A stretch of 20,852 nucleotides of DNA from assembly GCA_002689665.1 (NCBI GenBank), contig NZEN01000065.1:14009-34860 (forward strand). The letters run 5' to 3'. Within the stretch, counting starts at the first letter, position 1, and every line of letters begins with the position of its first letter. Source of the DNA: Opitutia bacterium. Lineage in GTDB: Bacteria; Verrucomicrobiota; Verrucomicrobiia; Opitutales; Seribacteraceae. Positions 9,462-17,478 of this stretch are shown here, piece after piece. The position numbers were made by a program, and so were the translations under genes. A model generated the notes under the pieces. That model saw nothing but the letters and a program-made list of their open reading frames with translations. It was not told the DNA's origin and did no database searches.

Positions 9462-9983
9462 CTACTTTGCCGGGGTAGGCAATTTTGCACGCGGAGGAAT
9501 GGTTAATGTGCGATTTCCCTGTAAGTTTATTCTAGTAGGAGACTTTACTTTATTTATATTGGCGGGGGTGTTGGGTTTTGGTTTTGGGACAGGAATGCCG
9601 CTTGGAACCTGAAGTATCTTGTTTTCAGATTTTTTTAACGAAAGAGTCAGACCTCCTTCCATTTTCAAAACTTCAGTTTCTGGATTAAACCCTTCTATCT
9701 TCACACTACCATCCTGAAATGATTCTCCTTTTTTCAGCCAAACTCCCTTGTTTTTCGCCTTATCAAATATTGAAAAATACCATTCATCTTTGAGTTTAAA
9801 AAACCCTCGTAATTCGATGTTGGTATTCTGCGGTTTCGGCGGAGGAGGAGGAGGTGCTGGTCTTGAAATAACAGGTGGCCTTGGTTTGTTGGAACCAGGG
9901 CGTAAAAAAGGATTTTGTCCAAATACTATGACACATTGTGATAATGTGATGAATAAAAACGCACTCCAATTTAGGTATTTCAT
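9462..9983 (-). CDS. Small exported proline-rich protein, possible PilP / GspC-HR-domain analogue
   Basis: I prefer the start at M17 of the listed ORF (nt 9983), which gives MKYLNWSAFLFITLSQCVIVFGQ (signal peptide or anchor) and removes the overlap with the secretin gene. It has a poly-Pro linker (RPAPPPPPPKP), then a ~60-aa beta-rich block (IELRGFFKLKDEWYFSIFDKAKNKGVWLKKGESFQDGSVKIEGFNPETEVLKMEGG) resembling the homology-region fold of PilP/GspC. The function is inferred from pattern and position. Confidence 0.45.
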   Translation of the reverse strand: MKYLNWSAFLFITLSQCVIVFGQNPFLRPGSNKPRPPVISRPAPPPPPPKPQNTNIELRGFFKLKDEWYFSIFDKAKNKGVWLKKGESFQDGSVKIEGFNPETEVLKMEGGLTLSLKKSENKILQVPSGIPVPKPKPNTPANINKVKSPTRINLQGNRTLTIPPRAKLPTPAK

Positions 9984-9993
9984 AAAAAAATCA

Positions 9994-12303
9994 CTAAAAG
10001 TTCTTAAGGTCAGGTACTGGAGATTTCTCATCGCTCAAGGATGGTTTTGCCTTATCAGGAATACCTAACGATTTGCCTGATGGAGATGTGAAAGTGGGAA
10101 AATAATTCTGCTGCATCGTTTGATCGATTCTTAATGTATTTTCGACACTCCTATCAGTAGACTCTGGATCAAACAGTCTTGGTCTTATAAATATAATCAA
10201 TTCAGTTGGAGTATACTTGACCGATTTGGGTGTAAAAAACTTCTCCCCAATATAAGGGATATTGCTTAAAAGATTATATTTAGACTCCGACTTATTCAGT
10301 TGAATTTCCCGCAATCCGCCAATTACCATAATTTCCTGATCGTTAACCGCAAGGTCGGTACTTGCAGTCCTGGTCTTTTTGCCAGGCAAGTTCTGCCCTT
10401 CATAAACATTTGCCGTGGTTTCATCAAATTTTTCCGCAGAAACTTCAACTGACATAAAAATAGTACCTCTCGAATTTTCAATCGACTTATCCCTTAATTT
10501 GATTCTGGGATTTTTAATTTTCATTTCAGTCTTAGCTTCAATCTCTTGTAATTGCGTGGACGAATTGGCATTTCCGTAATTATTAACCGGAAGACCTACA
10601 TATCGGGTATCCCTAATCTCAATTTTATTACGATCACTTGCAGAGTTATTTTCAGTTCCTTTACCTCCATGAATAACAGTTAAGGAAGGAGTTGAAAAAA
10701 TTCTCACATCATTACGAAGTTGGGCTAAAGAGAAAATTTGATCCCACTTAATTTGAGTAAGCTTCCAATTCTGCAATTGAAATGGGACTGCTGAATCAAG
10801 CAATGGGACTTGAAGGACGCCATCCAGAGCATTTTGGGCGTCAGAAATTTCGGTGCTTTGAACATCGTCATCGGTATCAGGTAGTCCATCAGGTCCTGGT
10901 TCATTAATCGTTCTGGAAATACCACCTTCTTTAGCCCACTGTAAATCTTTGAAAAAAGAATCGACTCCACTACTGCTGCCCTCACTGATATCAACCATTA
11001 CAAAAATGGTATCAATTTGAGCCATAGGCAACGGCTTATCCAACTGCAAAACTATATCAGAAGCCATCTGTATATCTTTGTCAGTTCCATGGATAAAGAT
11101 TCCATTACTACGAGGGTCAGGCACCACCTGTGCATATTCACTAAAGTTTCCATTTATAGCTCCACTGGAACTTGTTGAATTGGAGATAGTATTTGTCGCA
11201 GGCTTTGGAGTGGGAGTAGGAGATTTTGGTGAACTGCCTTTCGAAATGCTCTTGGTTGAAGCACCGATGATTCCCTGTAAAATATCAGAAACCTGTTCTG
11301 CATCGGCATGATAAAGAGTAATTAATTCACTTCTAGGCTCTTCCAAGGCATTATCTACATTCAATGATTTTATAATTTTTTGCAGTATGCTCACATCTTT
11401 CATGTGGCAAACGACTGTTAGCTTTGTTCCTTGGTCTGGGGCCTGAAAATGAGGTGGCACCTGAAATCGATTTGCTAATAAACCTCCTTCTTTAAGGATT
11501 GGGCTAAGTGACTTACTCAAGAATTCTTTGGCCTCTGTGTAATTTAAATCGACTGTGAAAATTTCGATGTCGATTTCTGATTCAGTCATGGGTTTATCTG
11601 TCTCACCAATAATTTTCTCCATCCTTTGAAGATTAATTAAGGCATCAGTAATCATAATGGAATTAGCATGGGGGAAGGTCAGCAGCGATGAGACATTGGG
11701 TGTTGCAAATGGATTCAAGATTTCCCTCATTTTCTCAACGGGAGTATATTCGAGTCTATATAGCTTGATATAAATATTTTGGCTTGGTTTTATGATGGAA
11801 GCCGGTCCATCCAACCAAATGGGCACATGGACATTAACGCCTTGAGCCGGAACAGCCTTATAAAACTTGTCATTAATTTTGGTGATCGCGACACCATTCA
11901 TCGACAACAAACTTTCCACTGCCATTAATGTTTCCCGTTTTGTAAGTGGGGTCATACTATCAAATGTAATCTTTACTTGAGGTAAGTTCTGAGGTCTGAG
12001 AATATACCTGCCTGTGATCAGCTGGATCATGTCCAAAATCATATTTGTATCCTGATCTCTTAATTTCAGGACTTCAAACTCTTCATCCAGTCCATCAATT
12101 AGCGATAGTTCATTGGGATCGGACAATGGATTGATCGGCAAAACTGGATCCGGAAAGGTTTCTGCAGCAGGAATGTTATTCGGTACTTGAGCATCAGGTA
12201 GTGTTGGTGAAGGAGCTACATTATCAACGTCACTTGCAGGCACTTGGCCAAAGACCATACTTGCGGTGAAAAATGTAAATGCTGTAAAAAAAATATGTTT
12301 CAT
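9994..12303 (-). CDS. gspD: Outer-membrane secretin (GspD/PilQ family)
   Basis: 769 aa. Signal peptide (MKHIFFTAFTFFTASMVFG|Q), N0-like domain (EVLKLRDQDTNMILDMIQLITGRYILRP...ITFDS), repeated N-domains and the C-terminal secretin signature (YNLLSNIPYIGEKFFTPKSVKYTPTELIIFIRPRL). Confidence 0.9.
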   Translation of the reverse strand: MKHIFFTAFTFFTASMVFGQVPASDVDNVAPSPTLPDAQVPNNIPAAETFPDPVLPINPLSDPNELSLIDGLDEEFEVLKLRDQDTNMILDMIQLITGRYILRPQNLPQVKITFDSMTPLTKRETLMAVESLLSMNGVAITKINDKFYKAVPAQGVNVHVPIWLDGPASIIKPSQNIYIKLYRLEYTPVEKMREILNPFATPNVSSLLTFPHANSIMITDALINLQRMEKIIGETDKPMTESEIDIEIFTVDLNYTEAKEFLSKSLSPILKEGGLLANRFQVPPHFQAPDQGTKLTVVCHMKDVSILQKIIKSLNVDNALEEPRSELITLYHADAEQVSDILQGIIGASTKSISKGSSPKSPTPTPKPATNTISNSTSSSGAINGNFSEYAQVVPDPRSNGIFIHGTDKDIQMASDIVLQLDKPLPMAQIDTIFVMVDISEGSSSGVDSFFKDLQWAKEGGISRTINEPGPDGLPDTDDDVQSTEISDAQNALDGVLQVPLLDSAVPFQLQNWKLTQIKWDQIFSLAQLRNDVRIFSTPSLTVIHGGKGTENNSASDRNKIEIRDTRYVGLPVNNYGNANSSTQLQEIEAKTEMKIKNPRIKLRDKSIENSRGTIFMSVEVSAEKFDETTANVYEGQNLPGKKTRTASTDLAVNDQEIMVIGGLREIQLNKSESKYNLLSNIPYIGEKFFTPKSVKYTPTELIIFIRPRLFDPESTDRSVENTLRIDQTMQQNYFPTFTSPSGKSLGIPDKAKPSLSDEKSPVPDLKNF

Positions 12304-12848
12304 GGGTTGAGAAATTCTACTGAACTAACTTCAAAAGAAGCGTCGAAAGTCGTGGGATCATAAGGTCGGTTTTTAGGCGGGTAATTTGGCTCAATTTTCA
12401 CTTCACTTAAAAACATGTATGGGCTTTCAGCACGTATTAAAGCGGCATATTCATTTACATCCTCGTAACTTGCCCGGTCAAATTTAATTCTCACTCGGTG
12501 TTGTTTGTATCTTTCTCTTTCGTCTGAATCCAATTCGCGGTAGTCCCTCTGAGGAAACACTTGGTCAGCTAGTCGAGAGGCAAGATTACTTAATTGTTTC
12601 TTATCGTAGCTTTTGTTTTGTTGGTCGGTCTTTTGTTGTTCCAGTGCAATATCTATCGATGGCTTTAAACTGAGAATTTGTTTATGCCCTGAAATAACTC
12701 TTTCATTTAATTCCCATTGCTCATATGTCTCTACGGAGTTACCCAAAATCTTAAAAATAAAAATTGCCAAAACAGACCAAATAGCAATGACAAGCAAAGT
12801 TTGCTCCCTTGCGTTTAGTCCAAAAAATAAATTCTCTATATATTTCAT
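12300..12848 (-). CDS. GspM-like (or PilO-like) bitopic assembly-platform protein
   Basis: 182 aa. N-terminal pattern FFGLNAREQTLLVIAIWSVLAIFIF resembles the GspM 'L-x-x-RE + single TM' start. A coiled-coil-like periplasmic part follows. It is positioned after the GspL-like gene, and its stop overlaps the secretin start (ATGA, 12300-12303). Confidence 0.5.
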   Translation of the reverse strand: MKYIENLFFGLNAREQTLLVIAIWSVLAIFIFKILGNSVETYEQWELNERVISGHKQILSLKPSIDIALEQQKTDQQNKSYDKKQLSNLASRLADQVFPQRDYRELDSDERERYKQHRVRIKFDRASYEDVNEYAALIRAESPYMFLSEVKIEPNYPPKNRPYDPTTFDASFEVSSVEFLNP

Positions 12849-12856
12849 GACCCTTT

Positions 12857-14107
12857 TCAGTTTGGCACGGAACTTAATTCTTTTGTTTTGGTATCTTCAA
12901 TTAATTCGATATCCATTTCAAAAGATGTTTTTCCACCCGCACTTCTAATTTTTCTTCGCTCGTCTCCTCCTCGATCTAGCATAAGGGTAGCAACTTTGTT
13001 TTTTTCAATATTTTCAATGAATGTATTGATGGATTCGATGTTTTTACCTTCACCCTTGATTTGAACCTCATTTCTACTTTCGAAATGAGCGGATGTAAAC
13101 CAGACATCTAAATTGTTGGCCGTTCCACCAAGATGACTATATAGTCTGCCAATCGAACCGAATGGATCGATGCCACCGAGTTTATTTTGCTGCAATTTTT
13201 CCAAAAGCTTTCTCGACTCTATTACTAAAGGAACTTCAGTCGCCATATTTAAGGCAAGTGTTTGTCGATCTTGAAGCTTAACTCCAAAAATTTTCAGTCC
13301 TAGAAAAAGGATAAGGGTCGCAGCCATGCTCAAACTCCAAATCTTTGTGGCCTGCCATTTGCCACGACTCTGACTACGGCGCTTTCTCTCCTCTCTCTTA
13401 AAAGATGGAGAACGAATATCGATGGACCATAGCTCCTCTGAATCAATGAAAACATCCTGCTCCAAATCAAGACTGGGGTCATCACCTTGCAGCCACTCGT
13501 GTTCAAATTTAAAAACACCATCCTTCTGACGATCAACTTCTCCAGCTACCAAAACATCAGACAAAATATCATAATTATCAGAATCTACCAACGAGAGTAG
13601 TTTACCGCGGGCAATTTTCAAAGACTCTTCATCATCACTTTCAACAGGTAATGAGAATAATGAACTGGGGATCTTGGAATCAGCAAGGTAAGTAATTACG
13701 CTTAGCGTATTGTCTTCCATCAGAAAAAGAATCGTGTTCTTGGAAAAACTCTTTCCTAGAACAGACACAAAGGATGGAAAAACCCGGCGAAAAATGTCAA
13801 TTGCTTGCCAACCCATCTGCCGAAGTTTCACAAGAGGACAGGCAAATATAAAAACCCTCTTTTCCTTTAATGAACCGTAATATCCCCAGGCCACTTGGTC
13901 TTGGGGATATGGAGAAAGTGTCTTCGTGTCAAAAAACTCGCCAACAAACTGTTCTAAGACCTCCTGCTCGCTCTGGTCTTCATGAGTAGATAGGGATGCG
14001 GGGATATCAACACTTTCGCAAAAAAAATGTTCACCAGGAATTCTAAGAATAAAACTTCTTAACTCTAACAATTCCAATTCGGAATCTTTTTGAGATTCTT
14101 CGGCCAT
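12857..14107 (-). CDS. GspL-like (or PilM-PilN-like) bitopic assembly-platform protein
   Basis: 416 aa with a ~255-aa cytoplasmic part, a basic stop-transfer tract (KREERKRRSQSRGK), one TM (IWSLSMAATLILFLGLKIFGV, aa ~256-276) and a ~140-aa periplasmic domain. This topology, the size and the position after gspK match GspL. I recognise no diagnostic sequence motif. Confidence 0.45.
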   Translation of the reverse strand: MAEESQKDSELELLELRSFILRIPGEHFFCESVDIPASLSTHEDQSEQEVLEQFVGEFFDTKTLSPYPQDQVAWGYYGSLKEKRVFIFACPLVKLRQMGWQAIDIFRRVFPSFVSVLGKSFSKNTILFLMEDNTLSVITYLADSKIPSSLFSLPVESDDEESLKIARGKLLSLVDSDNYDILSDVLVAGEVDRQKDGVFKFEHEWLQGDDPSLDLEQDVFIDSEELWSIDIRSPSFKREERKRRSQSRGKWQATKIWSLSMAATLILFLGLKIFGVKLQDRQTLALNMATEVPLVIESRKLLEKLQQNKLGGIDPFGSIGRLYSHLGGTANNLDVWFTSAHFESRNEVQIKGEGKNIESINTFIENIEKNKVATLMLDRGGDERRKIRSAGGKTSFEMDIELIEDTKTKELSSVPN

Positions 14108-14141
14108 TGATTTAAAGTTTAACTATTACTTAAGGGTATTA

Positions 14142-14180
14142 AAACACTGATTGAAAGTAACTTACTTCCAATCAGTGTTT
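14142..14180 (-). other. Intercistronic stem-loop between gspK and the GspL-like gene
   Basis: Arms 14142-14158 and 14164-14180 with a 5-nt loop (14159-14163). There are 16 Watson-Crick pairs plus position 14154/14168, which is an A.C mismatch in plus-sense RNA but a G.U wobble in minus-sense (operon) RNA. The stem starts at the last base of the gspK stop codon. No U-tract follows on either strand. Confidence 0.7.
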
Positions 14181-15295
14181 CAGTCGATTAAATTCTCATT
14201 TTCCTTCAAAGCCAAAATACGGAATGGATAATTCATTCCTAAATTCAGTTTGCTTCGCGGTAATACATTTTTTTTGTTCTGGTTGGTTTGTCCCCGTGTG
14301 CTTTGATTTATATTAATCTCCAAAATTGCGTGCAATTTGAATACGGACTTCCCTTTTTTGATTGTAATTTCAATTCTTAAAAAATCGATCCTTGGGGTTA
14401 ATGTTAATCCTGCTTTGTTAGCCAACTGCTCTATCTTTCTGTAATATTCATCTAAATCAGAAGAATCTCCTGATCTCCGTAACTCAAGAAGTTCCTCAAC
14501 CAAATACTCATCAAAGTCTGCAAGAAAACGAACTATAAATTCGGTGGTACTGAATGGGTTAATTTTGTCTTCGTTGTAAAACGAGAAAGAATCCTTAAAT
14601 TTCTTAAATTCCTTAGTTTCGAAACCGTATTTATCATAAAAAATACCGCTCTCATCAGGGTCATCATAAGATAAACCAAAACCTCTGATCATCTGGAACT
14701 CATTGTATGAATAAATTTTCCTTCCGGGCGTAAAATAGGGAGGATCAAGATTTTCATAAAAATCATCCTCGGCTCCTTCTTCCCTTGGTTCGTTATCAGA
14801 GTCTTGCCAATCTTTAAAAGAATCCAGCAAAGGTTTCCCCTCTTCTTCGTCATAATTACCCCACTGATCCTCAATCATCATCGCAGCAAACAATTTGGAT
14901 AACTTCCCATCCTGTATTTTAAAGAGCGGCACTTTTCCAGTTTCATCCAATAAAGTGGCCTCCCATTCAAAAGGGTTGGTGCCGTCACCTTTTTCTCCAC
15001 TTGTATTGAACATGGCGGGACTCATTTTATCAGCATACCGCAGGGGATCCCAAAAGTGCCAAGTTGGTTTTATATATCCTTCAGTCATGTACCATTCATT
15101 CACTACTCCCACGACCAAGTCCAAACATGAGTAAGCGTAAATCCGCAGATCATCTTTACGGTAAAATTGACTTACATGCCTAAGTTCCTGCGTAGTTTCT
15201 TTAATCAAACGGATTGATAAAGCGGAGAGCAAGACCAGTAACCCCAATACGAAAACCAAGATTGAGCCTTTTTTACCTTTCGTATGGCTTTTCAT
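14180..15295 (-). CDS. gspK: Minor pseudopilin GspK
   Basis: 371 aa. Prepilin-like hydrophobic N-terminus without Glu5 (KGKKG|SILVFVLGLLVLL), as is usual for GspK. Conserved GspK core pattern DWQDSDNEPREEGAEDDFYENLDPPYFTPGRKIYSYNEFQMIRGF. Position after gspJ. Confidence 0.8.
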   Translation of the reverse strand: MKSHTKGKKGSILVFVLGLLVLLSALSIRLIKETTQELRHVSQFYRKDDLRIYAYSCLDLVVGVVNEWYMTEGYIKPTWHFWDPLRYADKMSPAMFNTSGEKGDGTNPFEWEATLLDETGKVPLFKIQDGKLSKLFAAMMIEDQWGNYDEEEGKPLLDSFKDWQDSDNEPREEGAEDDFYENLDPPYFTPGRKIYSYNEFQMIRGFGLSYDDPDESGIFYDKYGFETKEFKKFKDSFSFYNEDKINPFSTTEFIVRFLADFDEYLVEELLELRRSGDSSDLDEYYRKIEQLANKAGLTLTPRIDFLRIEITIKKGKSVFKLHAILEININQSTRGQTNQNKKNVLPRSKLNLGMNYPFRILALKENENLID

Positions 15296-16008
15296 CTAGG
15301 CTCTTCCTCGATTCCACTTGGAATCGGTTTATCAATTGCAATAGTAATGGTCTTTTCCAAGTCTTCCTCATCCCATCGAAAAACTAATTTAATTTGGGTA
15401 GGTAATCTAAATTTCTCCCCCTTTTCACTTTCTAGCAACTGCTCACTAATTTCCCATTCTTTAATGTCGTCTTTACCATCATCTTCCGATCCATAATAAC
15501 AGTAGTACATTTCTTTTAAAAAAGGACTTATGAGAGTTTTTCGAAGATCATCCTCTTCGGCTAACTCAATTCCACCTTCTTTATTTTTTTCAATTTCATT
15601 TAATTCCGAAAACCAAAGTATTGATAGTCCTTCATCTTCATCGGGATAAATGAAGGCGTGCAAACGAACGGCCGGTCCGTGAGGGTTATAAAACAATGGC
15701 GGTGCTTCCTTTACAAAAAAATGAATCAGTGGGTCATCGGTGGATGAAAAGCCAGTGGGGCGTTTGAGATCAATAAGCGGATCGCCAGTTTTGGATGTTA
15801 TAGAATAGCTAGCCTCCTCTAGAATAATAGTAAGGAAATTGGATACCCCGTTAACATGAGATAAAAATGCATCACGAGTTGCTGGACGATTTGCCCAAGA
15901 TTGGGCGATTGTAATTAATAGGGCTGTTGCAGAGACAAGCACGAGACTACCTATGCTCAGAGCAAGGAGCACTTCTACCATAGTAAACCCGTTCCGCCTG
16001 TGTTTCAT
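15292..16008 (-). CDS. gspJ: Minor pseudopilin, GspJ position
   Basis: 238 aa. Prepilin peptidase site and Glu5 (HRRNG|FTMVEVLLALSIGSLVLV). The assignment as J rests on the conserved G-H-I-J-K gene order. ATGA overlap with gspK. Confidence 0.7.
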   Translation of the reverse strand: MKHRRNGFTMVEVLLALSIGSLVLVSATALLITIAQSWANRPATRDAFLSHVNGVSNFLTIILEEASYSITSKTGDPLIDLKRPTGFSSTDDPLIHFFVKEAPPLFYNPHGPAVRLHAFIYPDEDEGLSILWFSELNEIEKNKEGGIELAEEDDLRKTLISPFLKEMYYCYYGSEDDGKDDIKEWEISEQLLESEKGEKFRLPTQIKLVFRWDEEDLEKTITIAIDKPIPSGIEEEPR

Positions 16009-16517
16009 TAAAGGTTTTTCTTAACTTTTAAGATGTTGTCCACATTTCTCATATTGCCTTCATCTCTGAGCTCCTTGATCTTTTCGCTTTTTGCCTCCAA
16101 CAACCATTGTCTTTCAGTCTTGAAATCGCTGTGATTCATCCAGATTGGTCGAAGAAGTAGCATCACATAATCTCGCTCACCGCTCTCGATTCCAAGTTCA
16201 CTGTTTCCATCCCAGGATAAAGTGAGCAGTACCCTGTATAAATCGACTATATCAGTCATTTCTACTTCCACCTCCCAAACAATCTCACCTATATTGACCG
16301 TCTCAAGTTCGCCACCTTCCTTTAACTTTTCATAATTGGCCTCCCGAAAAATTTCACTTCTGGCCCAGAGTAAATCATGATCAAGCTCTTGGCTGGCTTT
16401 CATTTGCAGCATAGTTCTTGATCCGATAAAAGCACCCTCAACCAGATAAACTGCCATAAGCGCAAATAGAGCCAATGCAATAAGTACTTCAATAAGCATG
16501 AAACCTCTATTTTTCAT
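16008..16517 (-). CDS. gspI: Minor pseudopilin, GspI position
   Basis: 169 aa. MKNRG|FMLIEVLIALALFALMAV prepilin N-terminus. TAATG stop/start overlap with gspJ (16006-16010). Longer than typical GspI. Confidence 0.7.
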   Translation of the reverse strand: MKNRGFMLIEVLIALALFALMAVYLVEGAFIGSRTMLQMKASQELDHDLLWARSEIFREANYEKLKEGGELETVNIGEIVWEVEVEMTDIVDLYRVLLTLSWDGNSELGIESGERDYVMLLLRPIWMNHSDFKTERQWLLEAKSEKIKELRDEGNMRNVDNILKVKKNL

Positions 16518-17050
16518 AAATCAAGCTCATCGGGATTTAACTCATACCCTGAGAATGGATCAAAATATAAGGTGTCAGATTTCTCCATGAATAAGATTTC
16601 AGCCGTAAATGGAGTTGAACAACCTGCATGAAAACGAATTGATTCCAACTCTAACTGCTCATCTTCCAGATCAGTTTCCTCACCATCCACGCCAGTCCCT
16701 GGTCCTATCGCCCGGAAAAAAACCCGAGGGATTTTTTCTGGGGAGGATTGAATATCCTCAGATATTTCTTCGTAGATTTTGAAATCCTTTAAAATCCCTC
16801 CTTGTGGATCTGAGATTAAAAAGGAAGCATTCTCTTCTAAGTAACTTAACCTGACTTCTCTTTTACGTTCGTTCGAGAGGTAGATCCCTTCAAGCACTGC
16901 TCTTTTGAGAACTCTACTAGGTGGTTCGACTTTTGATCCATCAATAAAACCTGCTATGTTTCCACTGACGATTGCAGCCAAAACCCCAACCAGAGCCAAA
17001 ACGATAAGAATTTCGATTAAGCTAAACCCAGCTACTGGATGCTTTCGCAA
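16514..17050 (-). CDS. gspH: Minor pseudopilin, GspH position
   Basis: 178 aa. TTG start. HPVAG|FSLIEILIVLALVGVLAAIV prepilin N-terminus. ATGA overlap with gspI (16514-16517). Confidence 0.7.
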   Translation of the reverse strand: MRKHPVAGFSLIEILIVLALVGVLAAIVSGNIAGFIDGSKVEPPSRVLKRAVLEGIYLSNERKREVRLSYLEENASFLISDPQGGILKDFKIYEEISEDIQSSPEKIPRVFFRAIGPGTGVDGEETDLEDEQLELESIRFHAGCSTPFTAEILFMEKSDTLYFDPFSGYELNPDELDL

Positions 17051-17061
17051 AATTTAAAGAA

Positions 17062-17478
17062 TTAATTAGAGGGATCTTTATTGCTTAGTCTTTTTCCTTC
17101 CGGACTAGTCGTCCAAAGTTCAAAGCTGTTCGCCTGTAAAGTATATTGATAAGGCTTACCCCAGGGGTCATTCAAATCGGAGGCTTTGTTCACAAAAGGA
17201 GTCACACCACTTGGTGGGGATAATAGATCATTAAGAGTAGTTGGATAATTCCCAACAAGAGCAAGATAACTGTTAATGTAGGCAGGACCTGTAGCATTAA
17301 CCCATGTTTGAGCCGCCTTCTCCTTGCCACCGCCGAATATACCTCCGAGATTTTGCATAGCTAAACCGGCGACGATACCGATCAAAGCAAGAACGATTAG
17401 AATTTCTACCAGCGTGAAACCTCTGTTTTTATTTTTAAGTTTTAGTGGTTCTTTCAGCTCAAGTCTTTGATCATTCAT
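17062..17478 (-). CDS. gspG: Major pseudopilin GspG
   Basis: 138 aa. KNRG|FTLVEILIVLALIGIVAGLA prepilin N-terminus plus the GspG-typical DPWGKPYQY motif. First gene of the operon. The leader is unusually long, about 20 aa. Confidence 0.92.
   Translation of the reverse strand: MNDQRLELKEPLKLKNKNRGFTLVEILIVLALIGIVAGLAMQNLGGIFGGGKEKAAQTWVNATGPAYINSYLALVGNYPTTLNDLLSPPSGVTPFVNKASDLNDPWGKPYQYTLQANSFELWTTSPEGKRLSNKDPSN

Noticed and set aside
9984-10031. First 16 codons of listed ORF 9462..10031
   Set aside because: They would overlap the 3' end of the secretin gene. The second Met (nt 9983) gives a typical signal peptide and a 10-nt intergenic gap. The longer form cannot be strictly excluded.
6894-14275. 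A/T homopolymer runs of 8 nt inside gspF (6894-6901), the secretin signal-peptide codons (12286-12293), the L-like gene (14020-14027) and gspK (14268-14275), considered as slipped-strand phase-variation switches
   Set aside because: In DNA this AT-rich, a few 8-mers are expected by chance over about 12 kb. Eight nucleotides is at the low end for phase-variable tracts, and they are not placed systematically near starts. Variation among strains or reads would be needed to revive the idea.
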